DNA of 64,000 nucleotides from Dimorphilus gyrociliatus (Eukaryota > Animalia > Annelida): contig CAJFCJ010000018.1 in the NCBI GenBank assembly GCA_904063045.1, forward strand, positions 682,001 to 746,000, in the 5' to 3' direction. Positions 51,601 through 64,000 of this stretch are shown piece by piece. Position numbers and translations under genes: made by a program. A model generated the notes under the pieces. That model was not told where the DNA came from, did no database searches, and was given only the letters and a program-made list of their open reading frames with translations. Position 1 is the first letter of the stretch, and the number at the start of each line of letters is the position of its first letter.

Positions 51601-54600
51601 ATCTCTTTCTAATACGTGCTTTTCTTTTTATAGAAGCAAGTATCTGATAAACCCATTTACAATTGTGAATCTTGTCAATATCAAACCATTCAAAAATATT
51701 TGATGATGAAAGTAAGTCTTTTCATCATACATTATTGAATTATAATTATTCGGTTGTGTTTATTAAGTACTTTATACAACAGATAATTTATAATACCCTG
51801 CAATAGATAACATTTGAACAAAATATTTTATGCATCTTAAATAAATGACTTTCTTTTAGCATATAAAGATACATGAAAATACGTCATCGTCCTGTTCAAA
51901 ATGCGGAGCTTGGTTTCAAAACTACTCAGCTATGCAGAAACATTATAAACGGCACCATTTGGTATGTTTTTTTTTTCTTATCTTAGATATTAAAGTTATT
52001 TGGCGAATTGTCTCTTTATTCTACTACATCCGGTCCTCTATCTAGTTCTTTGTCTTTCCGGCATGAATCATGAAAAAGTCTACCTTCGACAACGATTATA
52101 TAGCAACATGATTTAGTAAAATGTGCGTGATACTCCAATGGTGAACGCTCACTAGCTTTTCTCCAATTTTTTAAAACTAGACCACAAAAAAAACACGTAG
52201 CTGTATCTCCAGAACTTGAGAAAAATCCAGCTTCCGCTAAACTTATTTTCTTTTCGCAAAGCGGATAAGTACGAAAAGTTCGTAGACGATTTTCAAATGT
52301 TTGATATTCAGGATTTTCCATATCTTCTTCTGAAAAGTAAAAGAAATCAAGCTAGATAACTATCGTAAAAAAATTCTTTACTGCGCTTGTAATTATTTTA
52401 TTACAAGTTCAGATACGACTTTACTTTTATCAAATATCTTTCATTTAAGTATTGTGCCGTCAGTCCCACTAACTTTTATCGACGGTTATTTATTGTAGTA
52501 AAACTTTACGACAAAGTGACAACAACATCTATCCTTTGTTCAAAGAGGTTTTATTATTTCAGTATGCCATTTTACTTATTTGTTTAATCCTTACATCTTT
52601 TATTATTATCAATAATGCTAATAAGAGAAGGGGCAAAGTAATTAGTAACAAAAAGTTCAATTCTCTTAATTGTTGACCTTAAAAATCAATGCAAACAGTA
52701 AATAAATACCCTTATCTAATCATTAAATGGCCAATTGACAAGCAAGTATTGAGATGTCATAAATTAATAAGTCGATAAGTGAAAGAGAGCTAAATGTAAC
52801 CAAGTAAATAATAAATATATTTTCTTACCTTTAACGCCATATAAATAGTCGTCTTTCATAACTAACTCATATCTTATATCATCTAATCTATTATCATCCG
52901 CAAAGAATTTATATCCTTTCCAATATATGGCAAAATTACAATTACCCAAATGCTGTCTCCAAATGTCATCGCTTAAAGCTCTCCTTGATGCTCGTTTTGA
53001 ACAGGAGAAACATATAATAGATCTTTCTAACTGGTCGTAAAAAAACCCAGCTTCCGCAAGAGTTTCAATACCAAATTTAATTCTAATGTTATATTGCTCG
53101 ATAAGAGCAGCATCGCTTTTTTTTAAGTATGGTTTCTTTTTTGGCTTTGGCTGAAGATCAAATGACTTTAATCTAAATGAATATGTAGAGTACTCAATAT
53201 ATTCATCACATGTCCTATTTGCTAGATGCTCAAAAACATCATCACAATCGGTATCTTCACTGTCATCCTTAAAAAAAAAAGAAGAATTAATTTATTAGGC
53301 CTTATTTTCATTAATTACAATGCAAAAACATTTCATTAAGTTTTAAATAACGAGTTTTAAAATTCTTAACTAATAACTCTATTAAGTATAATTAACTAAA
53401 CTACCTGCTAAGTATTGTGGCCTCTTTGCATTTTTAGCCCAAAGCGAAATTTACTGACACAAAAATTATACACAATAAATAACAAGGTGTTTTATCAATA
53501 GAAACTGTCATTTGTTCAAATGATATAATGGGCAATAAGCTATTGAACGATGTTAACCGTTAGGAAGGTTTTGCGTTATAGCGTATCCGAAAAGTAGTTG
53601 GTCTTATTTAGAAGATAGGTAATTATTTTACTTAGATCATGTCTAAGTAAACAAAAATTCGAATTTGTTTAGAATATTTTGAAGGAATAACTTTGTTTAT
53701 CCTAGCATTCGGTCACAATGAGAAAAGTAAATATAACCAACGGCAGTGATTTCAGTTGAATATTCAGTATAACCCAAAGCCTGAAATAAAGTTGAACTAA
53801 GATATTGTCCTTTATACACGTGATATGCTAGACTTAGCCAACCAATTCTTTCTACATTCCCTTTAAACAGAAACATTAGTACTTATTAAATACAACGTGA
53901 ATAGAAAATTGAATAGCATTTAATTAATCCTTATTAGGGCTCTAAATAAAAAAAAGTTAACATTTCTAAACCTATAAATCTATCTAAATTAAATACACTA
54001 TTAGAATTGTAATAAATAACGTTGAATTTTCTATCTTTTAAATCAGCTTATTATTATAAGAAAAAGCTATTTTTATTAAAAAATACTGGGGTTCGGTACA
54101 ATTTTCTCTTTGTAACTCAAGTTTTTTTCTTAAAAGCGTTTAGGGTTGTTTAACTAAGAAAGTTGAATTTTTTTTCCTTTTTCTGTTGATACTACAATAA
54201 CAATACATCAGGGAAGAACTATTCAATAACGGTCTTACCGTATCAGTTGAACTTCTCTTTTCCTCTGCGAGCTCCCAATTAGGTTTTTTACTTACTCTTC
54301 TATTGAGAATTTCGAAATTTGACTCTTTTTCCTCGTCATAGTTCAATTTCATCGCCTCCGCGTATAGGCCCATATCGAAACTAACAGATCTTCTTTGATA
54401 ACGATTTTCCTCCTCACCTTTCGTCGCCATTCGTATCAAAATTGAAAAACTTCGGCGCCTTGCTGCGAGCTACAAGAATAGGCCCCCAAAATATGTTTTT
54501 ATATAGTTAGTTTGATATTATTTATGAATTTGGAATTTGCTATCTGGGCCTAATGTCTTTAACAATTAATATTTTTAAATGTCTTTTTTTTTATCTTTTT

Positions 54601-55720
54601 ACTATTACTCTTTTACAATCAATTCTTTAAAATTTTATCAATTTCGTAGAATCATTTTCTTTTCACCCTAACAGAGAAATCGGATATACAAATGCGTCGA
54701 ATGCGAATTCTCATCATTCGACAATTGCCTTGTTGATAATCACATGAGTAGCGGTAAGATAACAAATTTCTTATTCTAAATATCTTTTTTATAATCACGT
54801 GACATAGTTAAATTTTGTTTTTTTTTATTATATTACTTAGAAAAAATATTTAAAATTCCTTATTAATCAATTCTAAAATATTACAATAGCTATATTAAAA
54901 TTTTGTTCCTATCGTATCCAATAAATTTCTATATAATAGATATATAATATATTAGAGATAGTTTATAGAGTATTTCTATTAGAAAATAGATAGATAAATA
55001 TAACTTGCTTGAAATATTTATATAAACTGAAAAAATTTTGACTTACTTGAAACTATTTATAAAAAAAAATAGACAAAATTAACTAAAACGATATATAATA
55101 TTGTTTAGCTTTCCTTGCTTCCCGAGGAGAACAAGTAATTGAACTAGACTGATTCTAAAGTTCAATACGTATACCATAAAAACTAATTAAAACGTTAACG
55201 TTAAAAAGATCGAGTACATTAAACTTGGTTACTTAACATAATTAGTAGTGTAATTAAATATAATGAAATAGATAAAAGTAAACAATTTTTTTTATATTCT
55301 AACTGAATAAAAATTTAACATTAGACCTTTAGAAATAAATGTTTTATTAATTATATTAAATCCTTTTAATATCTTACATTTGTTTTGTTTCTTTGTTTCT
55401 TTTTAGCCCACTGTAATTTGAAGTTCAAGTGCAGATTTTGCCAATTTGTTGCCAGAAATCCTAATCACTTGCGTAAACACTTAAATCGTTATCACGTTGA
55501 TCTTATTCAAAGCGATGACTTGGAAAGATTAGAATACGGAACTCCTGTTAATCAAGTATGCTTTTGAATCTTTTGTTTTTTTCGCTGTTAAACAACTTAC
55601 TGCTCTATTCAGATAAACGATTTAACTGATCAAGACTCGAGTGAAAAATCTGACGAAGTAATTGTCAACTTGTCACCAGACGGCGCTCAATTTCAATATA
55701 TGTATGTAACTGCCGAGTGA
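48612..55720 (+). CDS. Large multi-C2H2 zinc-finger protein, about 11 exons, including a 2.7-kb intron (51962-54674) that holds a nested gene
   Basis: ATG at 48612, with many CxxC..H..H units in exons 48850-51961. Phase-consistent continuation after the long intron: HYKRHHL|RNRIYKCVECEFSSFDNCLVDNHMSS (54675-54753)|AHCNLKFKCRFCQF..HLNRYH (55407-55555)|INDL..VTAE* (55613-55720). Confidence 0.8.
52016..54430 (-). CDS. IAP-like protein with two divergent BIR domains and no RING, about 314 aa, 3 exons; antisense-nested
   Basis: Exons 54430-54239, 53267-52829 and 52329-52016 are phase-consistent. BIR1 reads LAEAGFFY..CFSC-x16-H-x3-C. BIR2 reads YQTFENRLRTF..LAEAGFF..TATCFFC-x18-H-x6-C. Joining exon 1 to exon 2 is the least certain step. 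Confidence 0.78.
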
Positions 55721-56235
55721 CGAAGTGGAGACAACAGGTGGATTATTAGTTTACTAATCCTGTGGATTGATGATAAATTATTGGAAACTCGCTTTTAAGA
55801 TAATCTGTTCAACGAGACTTAACAGTTGTGACAGAATTAAAAGCATTGCGCCTTAATAAAAAAGAAAAATCCTTTAATTGTAAATCTTATTTAAGACTAA
55901 ACAGATATAGTTTCACCTAGGTTATACCTATTGTATATCTTTGTTTAGACTGCTAAAAACTATAATAAATCAACTAATGAAAGTTATTTGAAGCACGATA
56001 TATTGGTACAAAGATAAATATTGTCGTCGTTAATATTTAAATCAAAACATGTGCTGTAACTCGAAAAAGGATTTTTTTCTATTGGAACCTAAAATTTAAG
56101 GTCTTAAACCTTTATTGGAGCTATAGAAACAAGGTATCATTTCCAAAACTAAGGCGAAACGCCTGTTCTTCAAGAGCTCATATTCATAGAGGATATTGTA
56201 TTAATATATCAACAATTCAACGATAATTTAAAACT

Positions 56236-58651
56236 CTACTCTGCTTGAGCATTGGCAGTAGTAGCAGAAGCCGAAGCAGCTTTCCTCTTCCCACCTCGTC
56301 TTCTTTTAACTCCACCCTGGCCATGTTGATTGTGTAGATTTTTATTAGTCCTCTGATGAACTGTAGAATTTGCGTCCTGAGGCACAAACAGGTCGGTTAT
56401 TGTGCCTATTGCTTTTGTCCTTCCCTCTCGGAAAACCAGTTTGGTATCCTTCCGCAAAAATTCTGAATTTTTTATGAATTTGAATCTACATATTGATTTA
56501 TCTCCAGTTCTCATATTTTCTATAGACATCGAAGTTATTGTGGCTGTCTGTCGAACCGGTCCAACATGAACCATTGCTTGATATCCAACAGCTATTGTTG
56601 TTGGATGGTGCAAAACTAAAACATCAGCTGCAAACTCCCAATAAGAGACGGGTTGAATTAGAGGAGAGACTAGGACCATTCCTTTACGAATACTAGATCT
56701 TTTCACTTTCTTCAGGGCGAAAGAAGCTGTTTGACCTGTGTGTTCAAATAAATATAGAGTAAATGTATCGTAATGAGAGGTAAACTTGCAGCTAAAAGAA
56801 AATTTACTTACCAGCTCTGACTTGCTGGACAGGCATTCTCTTTCGGTGAATACTTCTTATAACGATACTATTAAAATTTCCTGACAAGTCGGGGCCTAGA
56901 AGCAGAGTATCATTCAGTTTTATAGATCCGCTTAGACATGTTCCAGAAACTACTGTTCCCACACCAGGTACGCTAAATGTATCATCTATTTGAAACTCGG
57001 CTGCCATATCACAGTTTGTACCCTCAATAGTGCTTCTCGGTGCCAGAAGATTCATAAACATCTTTAATAAATCAAGTCGTTCGCCGGTAACGTTAGATAC
57101 TTGAAAAATTGGACATAACTTTTCGGAAGTAAAATTTCTTGCAGCTATAACAACATCATCCTCTGATTGCACTAAGACAGGAATTTTCCTACATCCCTGG
57201 GATTTTAGAACTTTCTGCAAAACTTTTAAAGTTTCGGCAAGGATGTTAGGAGGACATTTATCAATCTTTGTTATAACAACAAAAACTGGTATGTTTAAGG
57301 CTAACGCCAATCCAAGATGTTCCTTAGTCATACCAACAACTCCCATATTCGCTCCGACCATCAGCATACAAAAGTCAGGAGCATGACCGGTCATACCAAA
57401 AACAGTTGTTTTTAAGTATTTTTCATGTCCAGCAAGATCGATAAATGTTATAACTTTCGAAGCCTCAGTACAAATCTTTGTCCAATCAAGATTACCTTAA
57501 GAAATATTAATAATTTTTTAGAGAGACATGTCAATATAAAAATTATATAACTTACCATGTTCAGGTTTATTGACAACTCTTCCATTGCTATCAAATCCAA
57601 GTATATCATTCGACACAGACGAAGTTCTTCCTGACTCCATTTCATGTTTATGTCTAAACAGTTTCTGCCTAGCTAAGCCTCTTCCGTTGTCCAACTCACT
57701 ATGAGTAAGAACCCCTAACAAAGTACTCTTTCCCGCATCAACATTCCCCACGACAGCGACACGCACTTCCATAAAGTCTTCCCCTTCAGCTCTCTTCCTC
57801 ACTAAAAATTCCTTAATCACTCCACCTTCGCATCTCCTTTCTCTCAAGACCTTAGCTTCAGCTCCAAGAAGACCTGACAATCTTTGTAAATTAGCAATTG
57901 CACTATCCATGTCATTTTCAGGTAGTCCCGGTATACTGCCTTCACCACAACCAATTTCATAAATTGTTTCTCCTTGACATTGGTCTATTCTATGCTTAAG
58001 ATTATCCAATAAAATTCCAAAGTCCTCCTCACTAGGATTAACAAGAGCCGTCTATTACAGGAAGAGATATTAAACACAGAAAGTTAATTTCTTTTCATTA
58101 ATAATAAGAGAGAACGAATAAATAGATTTTTTAAATTATTATTTGTTCAGGCAATTGAACACGTCCGCAATTTTTAATTTTCTATCTCTCTCTCTCTCTC
58201 TCTTTCATTCTTTTTTTTACTTCTTTTTCTTATCTTCCAAAAATATGCCGAACGACAAATCGTAGAAAGATGCTTACATAATATCAATCAAGAGATACCG
58301 TACTACTGTTAATAATATTTATCGGTCAAACTTAAAGCCTAATTAAAAAAATATTAACATGTTTTTTAATAGCGCACAACAAAAAATTGTCTTCTTTGTT
58401 GAACTTAAGATAGACTTTAGTTACCTTCTTAGATTATATTTACTCTAATAGATGGCGCTTATCAAAGGCTGGTCAAACTAGTTATCTAAACCAGCAGCAG
58501 ATTATGTCTACGTGCACATATTCACAAAGTAATCTTCAAATTATGTAGAATATATGTAAGATACCTTCGATGTTAAGCAATTTTCATTCCCAATTATGTC
58601 TTCTGTCATCTCCGTCTCCTCCATTTCATGATCTCCATTAGAAGTCGCCAT
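56236..58651 (-). CDS. GTPBP1: GTP-binding protein 1 (translational GTPase), 4 exons
   Basis: [62 protein letters not shown] and GETIYEIG are GTPBP1-type rather than GTPBP2-type. First exon 58651-58565. Confidence 0.95.
58185..58202. repeat. (TC)9 microsatellite in GTPBP1 intron 1
   Basis: Direct reading. Confidence 0.85.
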
Positions 58652-59248
58652 TTTTTACATTAAAACACTCTTCGTTACGTTAATTCACATATTCGAAGTA
58701 GTAACCATATTGTTAAAGTTCTAAATTTCACAAAATTCGAACAAAAATCACTGATCATAACCCGATTCGAACTTCGAATGAGAATGATGGAAGTTTACCC
58801 GAATTAAAAATAATCCCTTTCTTTTATACTAATAGCTGATGAAATGAACCTGTAATAATTCTTTGTTCAGTCTGACATATTGTTATGCAATATGCAAAAG
58901 AAAAGTACGTTACCTAAAATAATTAGAAATTTCATAGGACGGACATCAGACGTACGAATTTCCGGTTTCTATTTTCGCACAAATCAAAAATATTAACTTA
59001 TTACCATATACAAATTATTTTAAAAATTTAAGTCATTTTTACAACAAGGAGTATGCGAAAAAAAATTAATTATGAACCCCGTCGAAAATATGTGGACGTG
59101 TACCAGTCTAATTTTTTTAAATTTGACAACGACCTCTAGAGGCTATCGGATTTCTTTAATGTCTGCCGCAAATTTTGAATGCTAACCAATGTTTTACCTT
59201 GTGCAACGTTTCTAAAAGACGGATGTACGGCTGTTTAATCGGTGTAAG

Positions 59249-61818
59249 ATGGATTTGGATTGTGAAAATTCTGATATATCGATTAAGGTAATAGATTTGT
59301 TAGTAATTAGGTAGAATTTTTAAAAAATAGAGGATTTAACTTGTCATTAAGACGGGTACCTGGTTGTGCATGCAAGTCCTTTTCATAAAGATCTGCAGAT
59401 GTTTGTTGTTTCCTTCAAACCAACAAAACCAACTCTAAACAAGGAAACTGTATAAAGTATTACTAAAACGTAACATGATTTTCCATCAAGATTTTCATTG
59501 ATAAAAATAGGCTGCTGAGCCTATGTATGTTAAATAAAAGCATTATTGACAGTCTTGTGGTTATATTCTCGATTGAAACTTGTCGAGTGTCGTATATTAA
59601 AGTAGCTCACAAAAATTTCCCAACAATGGATCTCATAATGAATCAATGCGTTGAGAATTTGATTCTATGTTATCGGTTACCAGCTGCTTGTTTGATATCA
59701 AATTAATTTGAATCCGGTGTCATTTTTCTTTACATAAGCTATTACCTTATAGTGACTTTTATGTAACAGCATATCATAGAATAATATTAGAAAGGTCATA
59801 CAATTCTAATGGTTAGTGAGAGAGAAAGCGTATTCTAAACTGTCATTTTACGGGAAAGATTCTGTCAACGAATTGTAACTCCAGTCATAACTACTAACAA
59901 AGAAACGTTAGTGATGAGTCGTCGATTAGAAAGTCCTTGTTAAACATACACTGAAGCTACATACTAAATCATTTGATTAATTTATAGAGTTTTTTTTCAA
60001 CTATAAGAAAGCTTTTGTTTATTTTTTCTGAATAAATATAGAATACATCAGTTTTAAATTAGTTCTGGTTTTTACAAGGCTTAAGTTGAGTCATATTTCA
60101 TGAATACTAACAACATTTGACGAAGTGGAGAGAATTATACTGGTCGCCTATGAAAAGAATCCTTAATGAAGTGATTGATAAGCATTTCTAAACACTCTTT
60201 TTCAATTGTACCAAAAATATTTATTGGTCGTTTGCATATTTTAGAAAACCGTTTTTGTTTTACTTTCGCCATTTGTTAAATCTGCCGATTTATTCTCTTG
60301 TTATACTTCCTAACATTTGGGAATTAAAATGTTCCTAATATGTATCATCTTGATGCATAAAAAATATCTCAACTACTTAAAAAATCCAATTAGGCTTAAA
60401 CTCTTATTAAACGTAATTATATTAATTAAAGAACACAGCTCTATTTTTTATTTTATAGGCTGGTTTCAGTTCCTATCCAAAACGTTTAGGTATTTCTTTT
60501 TAATGTTGTGTACGCACTCAGTGATCCTTACTTTCATTTGAAATGTCATTCGCGCCAAGGCTGGATATCGAAATCTATTCTGAAACAAATTTAACGTAAG
60601 ATGTTTATCACCGACATATTGTCTCCCTCAATGACTTCTAAGTCTTGAATAACCGGCTTATTTAGTGTTATTTGGATGTTCTCTCAATCAAATATGACAG
60701 AAGACTTTTTAAAATGGTTAACAAAATCATTTTTTATAGTTTTCTTTTTATCATAAGTTTGATGTATACAATAACAGTGAATTTTTCATCCGATACAGAA
60801 TGAATTATCCTTGTCCAGACAATTAAGTGATGCAAAAAATCAAAATAAATTATTAGAAACTAAACTTGTAAACGAGCGACGACTGAATGTTAGCTGTGTC
60901 AAAGACCTAAAGACTGAGAGAGAAGCACACGAAAAGCAAGTGTCCATCCTCAATGTCCACGTCATGTCTGTTATACTGGCGCATAAGGCTATGCAAGAAG
61001 AGAATTTCAGGATGAGGCAAAGATTAAAAGAATTAGAAAAAGAAAATAGTATTTTGCGTTCAATAAGGTCAACACATGTGGAGGAAAATGAAGGGCTATT
61101 TCGCTCCAATTCATTACTTTCTATAACGTCGGAAGACTGCTGTGGAGATGCCTTAGCCTCACCTCTCACTCAATCTTTAGAATGTTTTGATTCATCAGAA
61201 GAAGACGACGGTTGGGCAAATGGTGGTGAAGCTCAGTATTCACCAATTCTTAGTATGTTTTCTTCCTCATCAAAAGAATCTTCATCCAGCTGTGGAACAA
61301 AATCAACAAATCGAATGGATGATGGTTACGGTTCACTTTTGGCAGATGTTCGAAGGTCTAACAGCGATCCTTTAGTCGGTGCCTCAATTAGTGTTTCGAC
61401 TCCTAAACCATCTGCAACCCTACCTCATGGAACTCCAAAACGAGGCAGTTTAAGAGTATTTGATCTGACAAAACAATATGAAGAAGAGCAAAATGATGCT
61501 TCTAACTCAACAAATAGTTCTTTGTCCTTCTCTCCTGATCAACCAAAACCTCAAATATCTCGAGAAAGACTACATATGTGTAATAGTGACTCCTCATTTG
61601 ATTCACCACCAAGGAGGTTCAGTAAAAATAACACTAAAACTTTGCAAAAAGCGTCATCATCAAGCGAAGACTCCTTACTAGAAAAGAATCTTTCAAAAAC
61701 CAATGCTATACCGATTTCAAAATCTAAAGCACCTGCCGTTAAAAGAATGCTGACTATAACTAGGTCGTTGGGCGCAAAATTTAAATCTAAGAGTAAACGG
61801 GGCCCTCCCAAAGCTTAG
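59249..61818 (+). CDS. Uncharacterised protein with N-terminal coiled coil and Ser-rich disordered C-terminus; 5' exon uncertain
   Basis: A 340-codon exon 60799-61818 has a phase-0 acceptor (gatacag|AAT GAA). The best candidate first exon is 59249-59287 (MDLDCENSDISIK|gtaata, phase 0), implying a 1.5-kb intron. No family recognised. Confidence 0.6.
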
Positions 61819-63813
61819 AGGCTATTATTTTGTACTTTAATTAGTTAATAATTAATAGGTTTTTATGTTATTAAAAATCGAAAGAGTTGTTCTAACGGTG
61901 CTTTTGTGTTGTATATCATAGAAATTAAAGACGCCTTTAATCGCCCGCTTTTCTCCTTTTTTCTTTTGAAATGGCTACTTAGAAAGCAGCGCGGTCTTCT
62001 ATGAAGTTTTTATCCAACGCCATCTGTTACATAATCGAATTTCGTTGGTCGATACATTTTGTTGTACTCGTTCAAAAAATTTAATTATTATGTATTGAAT
62101 TTACCTCTTCTCAACCTCTGCCCTCTTACTTCAGATCTTGCAAGATAAAAGAATATTGGTTTAAAAAAATGCATTTAACTTTTAGCATGAAATTCTATGT
62201 CATTTTTTTTTATTTTAAAAATTCTGCTTTAAATTGATTGTTTGCTCTCCTCTCAATCCCTCTCCCCTCCCTCATCCTCCTCATCCTCCTAAGTATTCGT
62301 AAACTGTTGCAATGCTCTTATTACTCTCACTCTGTCTACTATCGTACCTGATAGTAATATTTCTAATATGAACCAGCATTATTCAGACGTTTTATTGAGT
62401 GAAATTGTTTTGAAATTTTTTTTAAATAAAATTTTGTTAACTATTGAATGTCGTAAAGAGTCCTTTAAAGAAAACAACAATAATAACGATGATCTAATTG
62501 AACAATTCATTCGGTCAAACTATCATACAGTTTTATTACGAATTCAAACGGCGTCTCAAGTTGTTACCGATTGACGTCGATTACGTCTTTTACGCTTGAT
62601 GCTACCACATGTCGTTTAACAAGCAAGGGTGTTCACATTACCTGCAAGAGTTTTATTATTCGAATGAAACGCTTTAGAAAGTTTTCTATCAAAAGAATTA
62701 GGGATTCTTACCTTTGGTATAAAAATAGATGAAAGTGAAATAATTAGCAATCATTAGGTTCCAATTCAACAAAAAGATTCTTGTTCACTGTTCGAGTATC
62801 ATTCTCGAAACAAAAAGTCTTTATACAAATAAAACATTTTCCTACAGATTGGTTTGGGAAATCGTTTATTTATAAAATTACGTAATTTTTTTAGCCAAAG
62901 AAAAAAAATGGTGTGAAGGAGTTATTTCGTTTCTTTTGATTTATTCTAATACCAGCTAAAAATAGAATGACCTCTAATTATGTTCTTTGTTGAACTACCG
63001 CACACCACGAGAACGGTAACTTCAAAGCTAATCTAAATGCAGATTCTGAAGCAAAATAGATCTTTCTTTTGTCACTATTTTCTTTGTTTATTTATGAATG
63101 TTAGCTTAGCTGCATTTTCAAGATAGATCAGATAATTAGCAAGCTAACGATTAGGTCATTATCCTATTTACTTGAAAAAAGTCATGAAACGTGGATGCTT
63201 TAACTTATTTTCGTGAAAGGAAATGTTTCAAGAAAATTCTGATTAGTTAAATATTTCAAAAATACGCTTTTTATACTTTGAACAGACCGACGTGTCTTTG
63301 TGTCATCATTCAAATTTTTTATTTAACTGGTTAATCTGTGATTAGCATGGATCCCTGTCGATGTTCAGATATTCATAGTCATATAAGTGTGTTAGAATCG
63401 ATACCAGTTTTTATAGTGAAAAATATTACTGTTAGTTCGAGAAAATTCGGCATATACATCTTCAAATAAACAAAAAAAAAAAGATTAATATTACCGGTAT
63501 TGTCTGTAAACTACAAATAAAATTGATACAAGAACGTAAAGCTTCCGAAATTTGAAGACTGACTTTTAATATACTTCATTCAGTATATAGGCATCAAGGT
63601 TGTTTTATATCTTTTAAATCCTATTACACTTATACCACAGATATGATATTAAACGAAAATGTTAAGGATTTAATCATCTTTTTAAAATGTCTGCAAATAT
63701 TGAGAAAAGAGGATATTATTTCTTTTAAATATTATATTTTCCTAGGTTTTAATTAGATCAGTTTTTGTAATTACAAAATTTATAAAAAAAACAACTGTAA
63801 ATTTTATTTTAGC

Positions 63814-63957
63814 ATGGAAAATATGGAAAATAAATCAAATGGAGAAGATCAATCAAATGAAGTGAAATCTTCAAATTCAAATACTGAAATCAACGAGGAA
63901 CCAGAATATGGGGACGACTGGTTAGACGTTCTTGGTAGTGGAGCATTAATGAAAAAG
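63814..63957 (+). CDS. FKBP8: First coding exon of an FKBP8-like peptidyl-prolyl isomerase (gene runs off the window)
   Basis: An acidic N-terminus is followed by DDWLDVLGSGALMKK|gtttgt, matching the start of the FKBP8 FKBP domain (WLDILGNGLLRKK). Confidence 0.65.
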
Positions 63958-64000
63958 GTTTGTTAAATATTCATTTGATTACAAAGTTTTAAAACTATAT

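Noticed and set aside
51987-52073. Possible zinc-finger terminal exon overlapping the IAP CDS
   Set aside because: It would need a 25-bp intron. The phase-consistent finger-encoding exons at 54675-55720 explain the gene better.
53400-53800. Several exon-like segments (strong AG or GT sites) in IAP intron 1
   Set aside because: Every combination tried hit a stop or the wrong phase for the 53267 exon. Alternative or UTR exons cannot be excluded without RNA data.
62230-62574. Purine/pyrimidine-biased tract with an apparent 58-bp minus-strand intron, and the 68-aa plus ORF at 62368
   Set aside because: Only very short, featureless peptides result in any phase. Probably low-complexity or UTR sequence.

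Overview
Eukaryotic, AT-rich and very gene-dense animal DNA. Most introns are about 45-90 bp (GT-AG) and intergenic gaps are often only 100-400 bp. Gene content and compaction suggest a compact lophotrochozoan genome, possibly an annelid such as Dimorphilus (inference only). Most ORF-track entries are single exons or antisense shadows, so gene models were rebuilt by hand from splice sites and reading-frame phase. Order: FYCO1(+), a luqin-type neuropeptide precursor(-) and a small secreted protein(+) (both absent from the ORF track), an LRR-like membrane protein(+), a C2H2 zinc finger(-), DAZAP2(-), SPOP(+), SMARCC/BAF155-170(-) with an OATP/SLCO gene nested on the SAME strand in a 2.6-kb intron, CCDC157(+), TAF5(+), DNAH7(-), SF1(+), a large multi-C2H2 gene(+) with a two-BIR IAP-like gene nested antisense in a 2.7-kb intron, GTPBP1(-), an orphan coiled-coil gene(+), and the first coding exon of an FKBP8-like gene(+). 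No tRNA, rRNA, CRISPR array or transposase was recognised. Strongest leads: the variant FRPLRF-amide luqin precursor, the same-strand nested transporter, a decoy-like TTTCAG|C array with a candidate poison exon in SF1 intron 3, the orphan secreted microprotein, and a cryptic coding exon pair in a DNAH7 intron.
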